DNA of 64,000 nucleotides, from the NCBI RefSeq assembly GCF_048403405.1, contig NZ_CP183129.1, one strand, 5' to 3'. A model generated the notes under the pieces. That model searched no databases. It saw nothing but the letters and a program-made list of their open reading frames with translations, and had not been told where the DNA came from. Position 1 is the first letter of the stretch; each line of letters opens with the position of its first letter. Made by a program: the position numbers and the translations under genes. Below, one piece after another: positions 49,775-59,900 of the stretch. The stretch is from Escherichia coli. GTDB taxonomy: Bacteria > Pseudomonadota > Gammaproteobacteria > Enterobacterales > Enterobacteriaceae.

Positions 49775-50290
49775 ATGGATTACTTCACCCTCTTTGGCTT
49801 GCCTGCCCGTTATCAACTCGATACCCAGGCGCTGAGCCTGCGTTTTCAGGATCTACAACGTCAGTATCATCCTGATAAATTCGCCAGCGGAAGCCAGGCG
49901 GAACAACTCGCCGCCGTACAGCAATCTGCAACCATTAACCAGGCCTGGCAAACGCTGCGTCATCCGTTAATGCGCGCGGAATATTTGCTTTCTTTGCACG
50001 GTTTTGATCTCGCCAGCGAGCAGCATACTGTGCGCGATACCGCGTTCCTGATGGAACAGCTGGAGCTGCGCGAAGAACTGGACGAGATCGAACAAGCGAA
50101 AGATGAAGCGCGGCTGGAAAGCTTTATCAAACGTGTGAAAAAGATGTTTGATACCCGCCATCAGTTGATGGTTGAACAGTTAGACAACGAGACGTGGGAC
50201 GCGGCGGCGGATACCGTGCGTAAGCTGCGTTTTCTCGATAAACTGCGAAGCAGTGCCGAACAACTCGAAGAAAAACTGCTCGATTTTTAA
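49775..50290 (+). CDS. hscB: co-chaperone HscB, J-domain (171 aa)
   Basis: J-domain HPD tripeptide (QYHPDKF). Confidence 0.9.
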   Translation: MDYFTLFGLPARYQLDTQALSLRFQDLQRQYHPDKFASGSQAEQLAAVQQSATINQAWQTLRHPLMRAEYLLSLHGFDLASEQHTVRDTAFLMEQLELREELDEIEQAKDEARLESFIKRVKKMFDTRHQLMVEQLDNETWDAAADTVRKLRFLDKLRSSAEQLEEKLLDF

Positions 50291-50306
50291 TTTCTGGAAG
50301 CTAAAC

Positions 50307-52157
50307 ATGGCCTTATTACAAATTAGTGAACCTGGTTTGAGTGCTGCGCCGCATCAGCGTCGTCTGGCGGCCGGTATTGACCTGGGCACAACCAACTCGC
50401 TGGTGGCGACAGTGCGCAGCGGTCAGGCCGAAACGTTAGCCGACCATGAAGGCCGTCACCTGCTGCCGTCTGTTGTTCACTATCAACAGCAAGGGCATTC
50501 GGTGGGTTATGACGCGCGTACTAACGCCGCGCTCGACACCGCCAACACCATTAGTTCTGTTAAACGCCTGATGGGGCGCTCGCTGGCTGATATCCAGCAA
50601 CGCTATCCGCATCTGCCTTATCAATTCCAGGCCAGCGAAAACGGCCTGCCGATGATTGAAACGGCGGCGGGGCTGCTGAACCCGGTGCGCGTTTCTGCGG
50701 ACATCCTCAAAGCACTGGCGGCGCGGGCAACTGAAGCCCTGGCAGGCGAGCTGGATGGTGTCGTTATCACCGTTCCGGCGTACTTTGACGATGCCCAGCG
50801 TCAGGGCACCAAAGACGCGGCGCGTCTGGCGGGGTTGCATGTTCTGCGCTTACTTAACGAACCGACTGCTGCGGCTATCGCCTACGGGCTGGATTCCGGT
50901 CAGGAAGGCGTGATCGCCGTTTATGACCTCGGTGGCGGGACGTTTGATATTTCCATTCTGCGCTTAAGTCGCGGCGTGTTTGAAGTGCTGGCAACCGGCG
51001 GTGATTCCGCGCTCGGCGGCGATGATTTCGACCATCTGCTGGCGGATTACATTCGCGAGCAGGCGGGCATTCCTGATCGTAGCGATAACCGCGTTCAGCG
51101 TGAACTGCTGGATGCCGCCATTGCAGCCAAAATCGCGCTGAGCGATGCGGACTCCGTGACTGTGAATGTTGCGGGCTGGCAGGGCGAAATCAGCCGTGAA
51201 CAATTCAACGAACTGATCGCGCCACTGGTAAAACGAACCTTGCTGGCTTGTCGTCGCGCGCTGAAAGACGCTGGCGTAGAAGCTGATGAAGTGCTGGAAG
51301 TGGTGATGGTTGGCGGTTCTACTCGCGTGCCGCTGGTGCGTGAACGAGTAGGCGAATTTTTCGGTCGTCCACCGCTGACTTCTATCGACCCGGATAAAGT
51401 CGTCGCTATTGGCGCGGCGATTCAGGCGGATATTCTGGTGGGTAACAAGCCGGACAGCGAAATGCTGTTGCTGGATGTGATCCCGCTGTCGCTGGGCCTC
51501 GAAACGATGGGCGGCCTGGTGGAGAAAGTGATTCCGCGTAATACCACTATTCCGGTGGCGCGCGCTCAGGATTTCACCACCTTTAAAGATGGTCAGACGG
51601 CGATGTCTATCCATGTAATGCAGGGTGAGCGCGAACTGGTGCAGGACTGCCGCTCGTTGGCGCGTTTTGCGCTTCGTGGTATTCCGGCGCTACCGGCTGG
51701 CGGCGCGCATATTCGCGTGACGTTCCAGGTCGATGCCGACGGTCTTTTGAGCGTGACGGCGATGGAGAAATCCACCGGCGTTGAGGCGTCTATTCAGGTC
51801 AAACCTTCTTATGGCCTGACCGACAGCGAAATCGCTTCGATGATCAAAGACTCAATGAGCTATGCCGAGCAGGACGTAAAAGCCCGTATGCTGGCAGAAC
51901 AAAAAGTAGAAGCGGCGCGTGTGCTGGAAAGTCTGCACGGCGCGCTGGCTGCTGATGCCGCGCTGTTAAGCACCGCAGAGCGTCAGGTCATTGACGATGC
52001 TGCCGCTCACCTGAGTGAAGTGGCGCAGGGCGATGATGTTGACGCTATCGAACAAGCGATTAAAAACGTAGACAAACAAACCCAGGATTTCGCCGCTCGC
52101 CGCATGGACCAGTCGGTTCGTCGTGCGCTGAAAGGCCATTCCGTGGACGAGGTTTAA
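50307..52157 (+). CDS. hscA: Hsp70-type chaperone HscA (616 aa)
   Basis: Hsp70 signature GIDLGTTNS; start at [10 protein letters not shown]. Confidence 0.95.
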   Translation: MALLQISEPGLSAAPHQRRLAAGIDLGTTNSLVATVRSGQAETLADHEGRHLLPSVVHYQQQGHSVGYDARTNAALDTANTISSVKRLMGRSLADIQQRYPHLPYQFQASENGLPMIETAAGLLNPVRVSADILKALAARATEALAGELDGVVITVPAYFDDAQRQGTKDAARLAGLHVLRLLNEPTAAAIAYGLDSGQEGVIAVYDLGGGTFDISILRLSRGVFEVLATGGDSALGGDDFDHLLADYIREQAGIPDRSDNRVQRELLDAAIAAKIALSDADSVTVNVAGWQGEISREQFNELIAPLVKRTLLACRRALKDAGVEADEVLEVVMVGGSTRVPLVRERVGEFFGRPPLTSIDPDKVVAIGAAIQADILVGNKPDSEMLLLDVIPLSLGLETMGGLVEKVIPRNTTIPVARAQDFTTFKDGQTAMSIHVMQGERELVQDCRSLARFALRGIPALPAGGAHIRVTFQVDADGLLSVTAMEKSTGVEASIQVKPSYGLTDSEIASMIKDSMSYAEQDVKARMLAEQKVEAARVLESLHGALAADAALLSTAERQVIDDAAAHLSEVAQGDDVDAIEQAIKNVDKQTQDFAARRMDQSVRRALKGHSVDEV

Positions 52158-52158
52158 T

Positions 52159-52494
52159 ATGCCAAAGATTGTTATTTTGCCTCATCAGGATCTCTGCCCT
52201 GATGGCGCTGTTCTGGAAGCGAATAGTGGTGAAACCATTCTCGACGTTGCGCTGCGTAACGGTATCGAGATTGAACACGCCTGTGAAAAATCCTGTGCTT
52301 GCACCACCTGCCACTGCATCGTTCGCGAAGGTTTTGACTCGCTGCCGGAAAGCTCAGAGCAGGAAGACGACATGCTGGACAAAGCCTGGGGACTGGAGCC
52401 GGAAAGCCGTTTAAGCTGCCAGGCGCGCGTTACCGACGAAGATTTAGTGGTCGAAATCCCGCGTTACACTATCAACCATGCGCGTGAGCATTAA
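52159..52494 (+). CDS. fdx: [2Fe-2S] ferredoxin (111 aa)
   Basis: Cysteine motif [12 protein letters not shown]. Confidence 0.95.
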
Positions 52495-52505
52495 CAGAGG
52501 TTAGT

Positions 52506-52706
52506 ATGGGACTTAAGTGGACCGATAGCCGCGAAATTGGCGAAGCACTGTACGATGCGTATCCCGATCTTGATCCGAAAACGGTTCGATTCACCGATAT
52601 GCATCAGTGGATTTGCGATCTGGAAGATTTCGACGACGACCCGCAGGCATCTAACGAAAAAATCCTCGAAGCGATTTTGTTAGTCTGGCTTGACGAAGCC
52701 GAGTGA
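52506..52706 (+). CDS. iscX: IscX (66 aa, acidic)
   Basis: Small acidic ORF immediately after fdx. Confidence 0.85.
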
Positions 52707-52950
52707 TTTCCCCGTCATGCTTCACGCCGCAGATGCGTTGGCTGCGCTCGTTCACCCCAGTCACATAGTTATCTATGCTCCTGGGGCTTCACTCACTTGC
52801 CGCGTGATTCGGCCTTTTGGCCTCACCCCTCCGGGGCCAGCGCAAGCGCTGTTCAAAACGCAATGCGTTTTGTCCTGCAACGCGAATCATTTAGCGGAAA
52901 AATCCTGGGGCTGCCAACTGGCGGCCCTTTTACAAAGAAGGATAACTAAA

Positions 52951-54234
52951 ATGACAGAAGCGATGAAGATTACCCTCTCTACCCAACCTGCCGACGCGCG
53001 CTGGGGAGAAAAAGCGACTTACAGCATTAATAATGATGGCATTACCCTGCATTTGAACGGGGCAGACGATCTGGGGCTGATCCAGCGTGCGGCGCGCAAG
53101 ATTGACGGTCTGGGCATCAAGCATGTTCAGTTAAGCGGTGAAGGCTGGGATGCGGATCGCTGCTGGGCATTCTGGCAAGGTTACAAAGCCCCGAAAGGCA
53201 CGCGTAAAGTGGAGTGGCCGGATCTGGACGATGCCCAGCGCCAGGAACTGGATAACCGCCTGATGATCATCGACTGGGTGCGTGACACCATCAACGCACC
53301 GGCGGAAGAACTGGGGCCATCGCAACTGGCACAGCGTGCTGTTGATCTGATCAGCAATGTCGCGGGCGATCGTGTGACTTACCGGATCACCAAAGGCGAA
53401 GATCTGCGTGATCAAGGTTATATGGGGCTGCACACGGTCGGACGCGGTTCAGAACGTTCTCCGGTATTGCTGGCGCTGGATTACAACCCAACTGGCGATA
53501 AAGAAGCGCCAGTGTACGCGTGCCTGGTTGGTAAAGGCATCACCTTTGATTCCGGCGGCTACAGCATCAAACAGACCGCATTTATGGACTCGATGAAGTC
53601 GGACATGGGCGGCGCGGCAACGGTTACCGGGGCGCTGGCATTTGCCATTACGCGCGGACTGAACAAGCGCGTGAAGCTGTTCCTCTGCTGTGCGGATAGC
53701 CTGATTAGCGGCAATGCGTTCAAGCTGGGCGATATCATCACCTATCGCAACGGTAAAAAAGTTGAAGTGATGAACACTGATGCCGAAGGGCGTCTGGTGC
53801 TGGCCGATGGCCTGATTGATGCCAGTGCGCAGAAACCGGAACTGATCATTGATGCGGCGACCCTCACCGGGGCGGCGAAAACTGCGCTGGGTAATGATTA
53901 TCACGCGCTGTTCAGTTTTGACGATGCGCTTGCCGGTCGCTTGCTGGCGAGTGCCGCGCAGGAGAATGAACCGTTCTGGCGTCTGCCGCTGGCGGAGTTC
54001 CACCGCAGCCAGCTGCCGTCTAACTTTGCGGAACTGAACAATACCGGAAGCGCGGCGTATCCGGCAGGCGCGAGCACGGCGGCGGGCTTCCTGTCGCATT
54101 TTGTTGAGAACTATCAGCAAGGCTGGCTGCATATCGACTGCTCGGCGACTTACCGTAAAGCGCCGGTTGAACAGTGGTCTGCGGGCGCGACCGGGCTAGG
54201 TGTGCGCACGATTGCTAATCTGTTAACGGCGTAA
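52951..54234 (+). CDS. pepB: peptidase B, M17 leucyl-aminopeptidase family (427 aa)
   Basis: ORF 52690..54234; start at MTEAMKITL with SD AAGAAGGA; M17 motif NTDAEGRL. Confidence 0.9.
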   Translation: MTEAMKITLSTQPADARWGEKATYSINNDGITLHLNGADDLGLIQRAARKIDGLGIKHVQLSGEGWDADRCWAFWQGYKAPKGTRKVEWPDLDDAQRQELDNRLMIIDWVRDTINAPAEELGPSQLAQRAVDLISNVAGDRVTYRITKGEDLRDQGYMGLHTVGRGSERSPVLLALDYNPTGDKEAPVYACLVGKGITFDSGGYSIKQTAFMDSMKSDMGGAATVTGALAFAITRGLNKRVKLFLCCADSLISGNAFKLGDIITYRNGKKVEVMNTDAEGRLVLADGLIDASAQKPELIIDAATLTGAAKTALGNDYHALFSFDDALAGRLLASAAQENEPFWRLPLAEFHRSQLPSNFAELNNTGSAAYPAGASTAAGFLSHFVENYQQGWLHIDCSATYRKAPVEQWSAGATGLGVRTIANLLTA

Positions 54235-54244
54235 ACGTCTTATT

Positions 54245-54320
54245 TGGCCTACAAAATTGCGAAAATCCAATAGATTGCGAATCCCTTGTAGGCCTGATAA
54301 GCGTAGCGCATCAGGCACTT
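54245..54320. repeat. REP/BIME-like palindromic repeats between pepB and sseB
   Basis: ggcctacaa...ttgtaggcc 9-bp inverted repeat enclosing duplicated attgcgaa, followed by REP-like gtaggcctgataagcgtagcgcatcaggca. Confidence 0.5.
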
Positions 54321-54352
54321 GTGCCCCGAACGTTGAATGAATTGTGGTTCTT

Positions 54353-55129
54353 ATGTCCGAAACAAAAAACGAACTTGAAGATCTGCTGGAAAAAGCAGCA
54401 ACCGAACCGGCGCACCGCCCGGCCTTTTTCCGTACGCTACTGGAATCCACCGTCTGGGTGCCGGGTACGGCGGCGCAGGGCGAGGCTGTGGTTGAAGATA
54501 GCGCGCTTGATTTACAGCACTGGGAAAAAGAAGACGGCACCAGCGTCATTCCTTTTTTTACCTCGTTAGAAGCACTTCAACAGGCGGTTGAAGACGAACA
54601 GGCATTTGTCGTAATGCCCGTTCGCACATTGTTTGAGATGACCCTTGGCGAAACGCTCTTCCTTAATGCCAAACTGCCGACCGGTAAAGAATTTATGCCG
54701 CGTGAAATCAGTTTGTTGATTGGTGAAGAAGGAAATCCGCTGAGCAGCCAGGAAGTACTGGAGGGCGGTGAATCGCTGATATTATCGGAAGTCGCAGAGC
54801 CACCAGCACAAATGATTGATTCACTCACCACCTTATTTAAAACTATTAAGCCGGTGAAGCGTGCTTTTATTTGTTCAATTAAAGAGAACGAAGAGACACA
54901 GCCTAATTTACTTATTGGCATTGAAGCCGATGGTGATATCGAAGAAATTATTCAGGCGGCGGGAAGTGTAGCGACCGATACATTACCTGGCGATGAACCC
55001 ATCGATATTTGTCAGGTGAAAAAAGGGGAAAAAGGAATTAGCCACTTTATTACCGAACATATTGCGCCATTCTATGAACGTCGCTGGGGTGGCTTTTTGC
55101 GTGACTTTAAACAGAACCGGATAATCTAA
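54353..55129 (+). CDS. sseB: SseB, enhancer of serine sensitivity (258 aa)
   Basis: ORF 54344..55129; start at MSETKNELEDLLEKA. Confidence 0.85.
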   Translation: MSETKNELEDLLEKAATEPAHRPAFFRTLLESTVWVPGTAAQGEAVVEDSALDLQHWEKEDGTSVIPFFTSLEALQQAVEDEQAFVVMPVRTLFEMTLGETLFLNAKLPTGKEFMPREISLLIGEEGNPLSSQEVLEGGESLILSEVAEPPAQMIDSLTTLFKTIKPVKRAFICSIKENEETQPNLLIGIEADGDIEEIIQAAGSVATDTLPGDEPIDICQVKKGEKGISHFITEHIAPFYERRWGGFLRDFKQNRII

Positions 55130-55134
55130 AATAT

Positions 55135-55152
55135 GCCGCCCCAAAGGGCGGC
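55135..55152. terminator. hairpin shared by sseB (+) and the convergent ryfA-like RNA (-)
   Basis: gccgccc-caaa-gggcggc; on the minus strand the stem is followed by AUAUUUUAGAUU. Confidence 0.55.
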
Positions 55153-55160
55153 ATTCGGGC

Positions 55161-55298
55161 TTACTTGCTGCTCTGAAGTTTGTTAACCACCAGTAAATTG
55201 TTACCGGAGAGACTCCGGTTATTATTTACCTCGGTTAACAGCGCACCAGAAACAATAAGTACGATACAAAAGCACCGTATCTTCATTGTGCGGTCCAT
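55161..55298 (-). CDS. candidate small hydrophobic (TimP/type I toxin-like) protein, 45 aa (41 aa from second ATG at 55286)
   Basis: Manual translation: MDRTMKIRCFCIVLIVSGALLTEVNNNRSLSGNNLLVVNKLQSSK; in-frame TGA five codons upstream of the first ATG; no obvious SD; too short for the ORF track. Confidence 0.4.
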   Translation of the reverse strand: MDRTMKIRCFCIVLIVSGALLTEVNNNRSLSGNNLLVVNKLQSSK

Positions 55299-55505
55299 GC
55301 GAAGACCGCATCACGACAGCACCACTGGCGATATTGCCGCGATAGCAAGCGCTGAGACGCGCTTGCCCTAACGGTCGCGGAACATCCTTTCCTTGAGCCA
55401 GCGCCCGCTTGCGAGACGGCGGAAAGGGCCGGTGTCGATAATACGCTAAATAAACAATGATTACTCTCTTTCGCTTGACAAAAAGAGAGTTACTGGCGAG
55501 TATTG

Positions 55506-55606
55506 TGTCCGCTGAGACGCGCTTGCATTACTACGGTAATACAATCTGCTGGAAAGGCCGCGAACCAAACCAGCAACAAATAACCGCCTGATTTTGGCGG
55601 TTTTTT
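55506..55606 (+). ncRNA. candidate antitoxin-type sRNA, module 1 (approximate)
   Basis: TTGACA (55475-55480)-18 bp-AGTATT, then about 100 nt ending in aaccgcc-tgatttt-ggcggtt + TTTTTT (55582-55606); nt 55510-55526 are perfectly complementary to the minus-strand RNA at 55350-55366. Confidence 0.45.
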
Positions 55607-55784
55607 GTTGCTTAAAGAAAGTGAATTTACATGTTTAAGTAATATCTTTTACCGGTTAGTATTTTTAATATTGAGCGGGATTTGTTTATATTTGTCTGAA
55701 TTCGGACTGATAAGCCAAATGAATTCAAAATCTATCCTTTTTTATCTACTTGACATCGTTGATGCATAAAGCGAGTATTGAGTA

Positions 55785-55871
55785 GACGAGATACACTTGC
55801 AGTAATACAACCTGCTGGAAAGGCCGCGAACCAGACCAGCAATAAAAAACCGCCAAATTCGGCGGTTTTTT
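55785..55871 (+). ncRNA. candidate sRNA, module 2, paralog of module 1 (approximate)
   Basis: TTGACA (55750-55755)-18 bp-AGTATT, then a shared core ctgctggaaaggccgcgaacca-accagcaa and terminator ccgcc-aaattc-ggcgg + TTTTTT (55850-55871); lacks the 17-nt complementary box. Confidence 0.4.
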
Positions 55872-55887
55872 ATTGCCTGTAAAAAGC

Positions 55888-56733
55888 TTATTTCAATGGC
55901 TCAACCGGTAAATCTGCCCGTGCGCCCCATTCACTCCATGCGCCGTCGTACAGTTTCACGTTTGGCACATCAAGTGTCGCGAGTGCCAACAAAACCACGG
56001 CTGCCGTTACACCAGAGCCGCAGCTGACGATAATCGGTTTGTCATAGCTGACGCCGCGACCAAAAAATATCGCATCCAGTTCATCGGTCGTTTTTAGTTC
56101 GCCTTCGCGCACCAGTTCCGTCCACGGAACGTTCAATGCACCGGGAATATGTCCGCGACGTAAACCTGGGCGAGGTTCATCAACTTCTGCGTTAAAACGT
56201 GCAGCCGGGCGGGCATCAATAATTTGCGCCGTATTTTCATGGCTTGCCAATAACACATCGGTGACTTTCACCACGGCTTCAGGATTAAACGTGGCGTTAA
56301 ACTCTCCTTCCGGCAGCTCTACTGCACCTTCTTCTAACAGCAGATCATCGCGCTGCCAGCCTGCAAGTCCACCCCCCAGAATCGACACTTTCTCTACACC
56401 AAAGGTGCGCAGCATCCACCATGCTCGTGGGGCTGAGAAAAGATTACCTTCGTCATAGACAATCAGGTGCTTATCCTGGTTAACGCCTAATTCACGCATC
56501 GCCACGGCGAACGTTTCCGGGCGCGGCAGCATGTGCGGAAGCGGGGAAGTGTGATCAGAAAGCGCTTCGATATCAAAAAACACTGCGCCGGGAATATGTC
56601 CATTCAGATACTCCTGAGCAACGTTACGATCTTCCTGTCCAGGCGACGCCATGCGGGCATCAATAATCTGAATTTCCGGGTCATCAATATGTTCGGCGAG
56701 CCAGTCGGCTCCTACAAACCATGTCGTGGACAT
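55888..56733 (-). CDS. sseA: 3-mercaptopyruvate sulfurtransferase, tandem rhodanese domains (281 aa)
   Basis: ORF 55888..56892; start at MSTTWFVGADWL; active-site Cys loop CGSGVTA. Confidence 0.9.
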   Translation of the reverse strand: MSTTWFVGADWLAEHIDDPEIQIIDARMASPGQEDRNVAQEYLNGHIPGAVFFDIEALSDHTSPLPHMLPRPETFAVAMRELGVNQDKHLIVYDEGNLFSAPRAWWMLRTFGVEKVSILGGGLAGWQRDDLLLEEGAVELPEGEFNATFNPEAVVKVTDVLLASHENTAQIIDARPAARFNAEVDEPRPGLRRGHIPGALNVPWTELVREGELKTTDELDAIFFGRGVSYDKPIIVSCGSGVTAAVVLLALATLDVPNVKLYDGAWSEWGARADLPVEPLK

Positions 56734-56939
56734 AGGCATCTCCATTTTTGCCGGGGTTAGGCTAAATTGTCGGATGTTTAGTGAAAGGCGACAAGCAAAA
56801 GAGGCTGATTTGGCTGTCTGAGCCACAATTCTCACTAAAATTCGGATTGTATGGGCGTGATACTGAATTACATAACGTAAATTCTCACGCATAATAATTA
56901 TTCGACGTTGCTAACGGGCCATTGTGGCAGGGATGAAAA

Positions 56940-59900
56940 ATGAAAAAGTTACGCGTAGCCGCCTGCATGCTAATGCTGGCGCTGGCAGGGTGCGACAACA
57001 ACGATAACGCGCCAACAGCGGTGAAAAAAGATGCGCCTTCTGAAGTTACTAAAGCGGCTTCTTCAGAAAACGTGAGTTCAGCAAAACTTTCCGCGCCGGA
57101 GCGACAAAAACTGGCCCAACAGAGTGCCGGTAAGGCGCTGACATTGCTGGATCTCTCTGAAGTTCAACTTGATGGCGCAGCCACGCTGGTGCTGACGTTC
57201 TCCATTCCTCTCGACCCGGATCAGGATTTCTCACGCGTTATCCATGTCGTCGATAAGAAAAGCGGCAAAGTGGATGGTGCCTGGGAGCTGTCAGATAATC
57301 TTAAAGAGTTGCGTTTACGCCACCTCGAACCGAAACGTGATTTGATCGTCACTATTGGCAAGGAGGTCAAAGCACTCAACAACGCAACCTTCAGTAAAGA
57401 TTACGAAAAAACTATAACTACCCGCGATATCCAACCCAGCGTCGGTTTTGCCAGCCGTGGTTCGTTGTTACCTGGTAAAGTTATTGAAGGGCTGCCGGTA
57501 ATGGCGCTCAACGTTAACAATGTTGATGTTAACTTCTTCCGTGTGAAGCCCGAATCTCTGCCTGCATTCATTAGCCAATGGGAATACCGCAATTCGCTGG
57601 CGAACTGGCAGTCTGAAAAACTGCTGCAGATGGCGGATCTGGTTTATACCGGACGGTTTGATCTCAATCCTGCGCGTAACACCCGTGAAAAATTATTGCT
57701 GCCGCTGGGCGATATCAAACCGCTTCAGCAGGCAGGCGTGTATCTGGCTGTGATGAATCAGGCTGGGCGTTACGATTACAGTAATCCCGCGACGCTGTTT
57801 ACGTTAAGTGATATCGGCGTTTCAGCTCACCGTTATCACAATCGTCTGGATATCTTTACCCAAAGTCTGGAAAACGGCGCGGCCCAGCAAGGAATAGAAG
57901 TCTCTTTATTAAATGAGAAAGGGCAGACTCTGACTCAGGCAACCAGTGATGCTCAGGGGCATGTGCAGCTGGAAAATGATAAAAACGCGGCATTACTGCT
58001 GGCGCGTAAAGACGGTCAGACAACGCTACTCGATTTAAAACTTCCGGCGCTGGACTTAGCAGAATTTAACATTGCTGGCGCGCCAGGCTATAGCAAACAG
58101 TTTTTCATGTTTGGCCCGCGCGATCTTTATCGCCCTGGTGAAACAGTCATCCTCAATGGTTTATTGCGTGATGCAGATGGAAAAGCATTGCCCGATCAAC
58201 CCATCAAGTTAGACGTGATTAAACCCGACGGGCAGATACTCAGGAGCGTCGTTAGTCAGCCGGAGAATGGCCTCTACCACTTTACCTGGCCACTCGATAG
58301 CAATGCGGCAACCGGTATGTGGCATATTCGTGCTAACACGGGCGATAACCAGTACCGGATGTGGGATTTCCACGTCGAAGATTTTATGCCAGAGCGCATG
58401 GCGCTGAATCTGACTGGTGAGAAAACCCCGCTAACGCCGAAAGATGAAGTGAGATTTTCCGTGGTGGGGTACTACCTGTATGGTGCGCCTGCTAATGGTA
58501 ATACTTTGCAAGGGCAACTTTTCCTGCGCCCACTGCGTGAAGCTGTGTCAGCCTTACCTGGTTTCGAATTCGGCGATATAGCTGCCGAAAATCTTTCCCG
58601 CACGCTGGATGAAGTTCAGTTGACGCTGGATGATAAAGGGCGTGGCGAAGTTTCTACAGAAAGCCAGTGGAAGGAAACGCATTCCCCATTACAGGTTATT
58701 TTCCAGGGTAGTTTGTTGGAATCGGGCGGTCGCCCGGTGACGCGCCGCGCTGAGCAGGCTATCTGGCCTGCCGATGCATTGCCGGGGATCCGTCCGCAGT
58801 TCGCCTCGAAATCGGTTTACGATTATCGCACTGACAGCACGGTGAAACAGCCCATTGTTGATGAAGGCAGTAACGCCGCTTTTGACATCGTTTATAGCGA
58901 TGCGCAAGGCGTGAAAAAAGCCGTGTCGGGCTTGCAGGTGCGCCTGATTCGCGAACGCCGCGATTACTACTGGAACTGGTCAGAAGATGAAGGCTGGCAA
59001 TCACAGTTTGATCAAAAAGATCTGATTGAAAATGAACAAACTCTGGATCTGAAAGCGGACGAAACCGGCAAGGTCAGTTTCCCGGTAGAGTGGGGCGCTT
59101 ATCGTCTGGAAGTCAAAGCGCCGAATGAAGCGGTCAGTAGTGTGCGTTTCTGGGCTGGCTATAGCTGGCAGGACAACAGCGACGGTAGCGGCGCAGTGCG
59201 TCCGGACCGTGTCACGCTGAAACTGGATAAAGCCAGTTATCGCCCGGGCGACACCATTAAGTTGCATATCGCCGCGCCAACGGCGGGTAAAGGTTATGCG
59301 ATGGTCGAGTCCAGTGAAGGGCCGCTGTGGTGGCAAGAGATTGATGTTCCGGCTCAAGGGCTGGATCTGACGATTCCGGTCGATAAAACCTGGAATCGTC
59401 ATGATTTGTATTTAAGTACGCTGGTGGTACGTCCTGGCGATAAATCTCGCTCTGCGACGCCAAAACGCGCAGTTGGGGTGTTGCATCTGCCGCTTGGCGA
59501 TGAAAACCGTCGTCTCGATCTGGCGCTGGAAACCCCCACCAAAATGCGCCCCAATCAGCCATTAACCGTGAAAATTAAAGCCAGCAATAAAAATGGTGAG
59601 ATGCCAAAACAGGTGAATGTGCTGGTGTCTGCCGTTGATAGCGGTGTGCTGAATATTACTGATTACGTTACCCCCGATCCGTGGCAGGCGTTCTTTGGTC
59701 AGAAACGCTATGGTGCAGACATTTACGATATTTACGGTCAGGTCATTGAAGGTCAGGGGCGTCTGGCAGCTCTGCGTTTTGGTGGCGATGGTGATGAGCT
59801 GAAACGTGGTGGTAAACCGCCGGTCAATCACGTCAATATTGTCGCGCAGCAGGCGCTGCCGGTAACGCTCAACGAACAGGGCGAAGGCTCGGTTACACTG

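Larger units (their letters stand above)
55130..55432 (-). ncRNA. ryfA: RyfA-like RNA, candidate small-toxin mRNA, about 300 nt (approximate boundaries)
   Basis: Minus strand: -10-like TATTAT (55443..55438), terminator 55152..55135; contains a strong SD plus 5-codon mini-ORF, a 17-nt sRNA-complementary box and a hydrophobic 45-codon ORF. Confidence 0.5.

Noticed and set aside
54245-54295. 49-bp hairpin with duplicated attgcgaa as a possible sRNA
   Set aside because: The sequence is REP/BIME-like, sits at the 3' end of pepB and has no promoter-like elements; interpreted as a repeat element.
55180-55371. 63-aa plus-strand ORF in the sseB-sseA spacer
   Set aside because: No Shine-Dalgarno sequence, non-protein-like composition, and it runs antisense to the better-supported minus-strand RNA with its hydrophobic mini-ORF.
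56734-56892. N-terminal extension of sseA (334-aa form), and similar upstream extensions of csiE, yfhR, yfhH, yphA, hcaR, iscS, hscA and pepB
   Set aside because: Internal ATG codons give the conserved mature N-termini with better RBS spacing; the extensions run into promoter regions or neighbouring genes.
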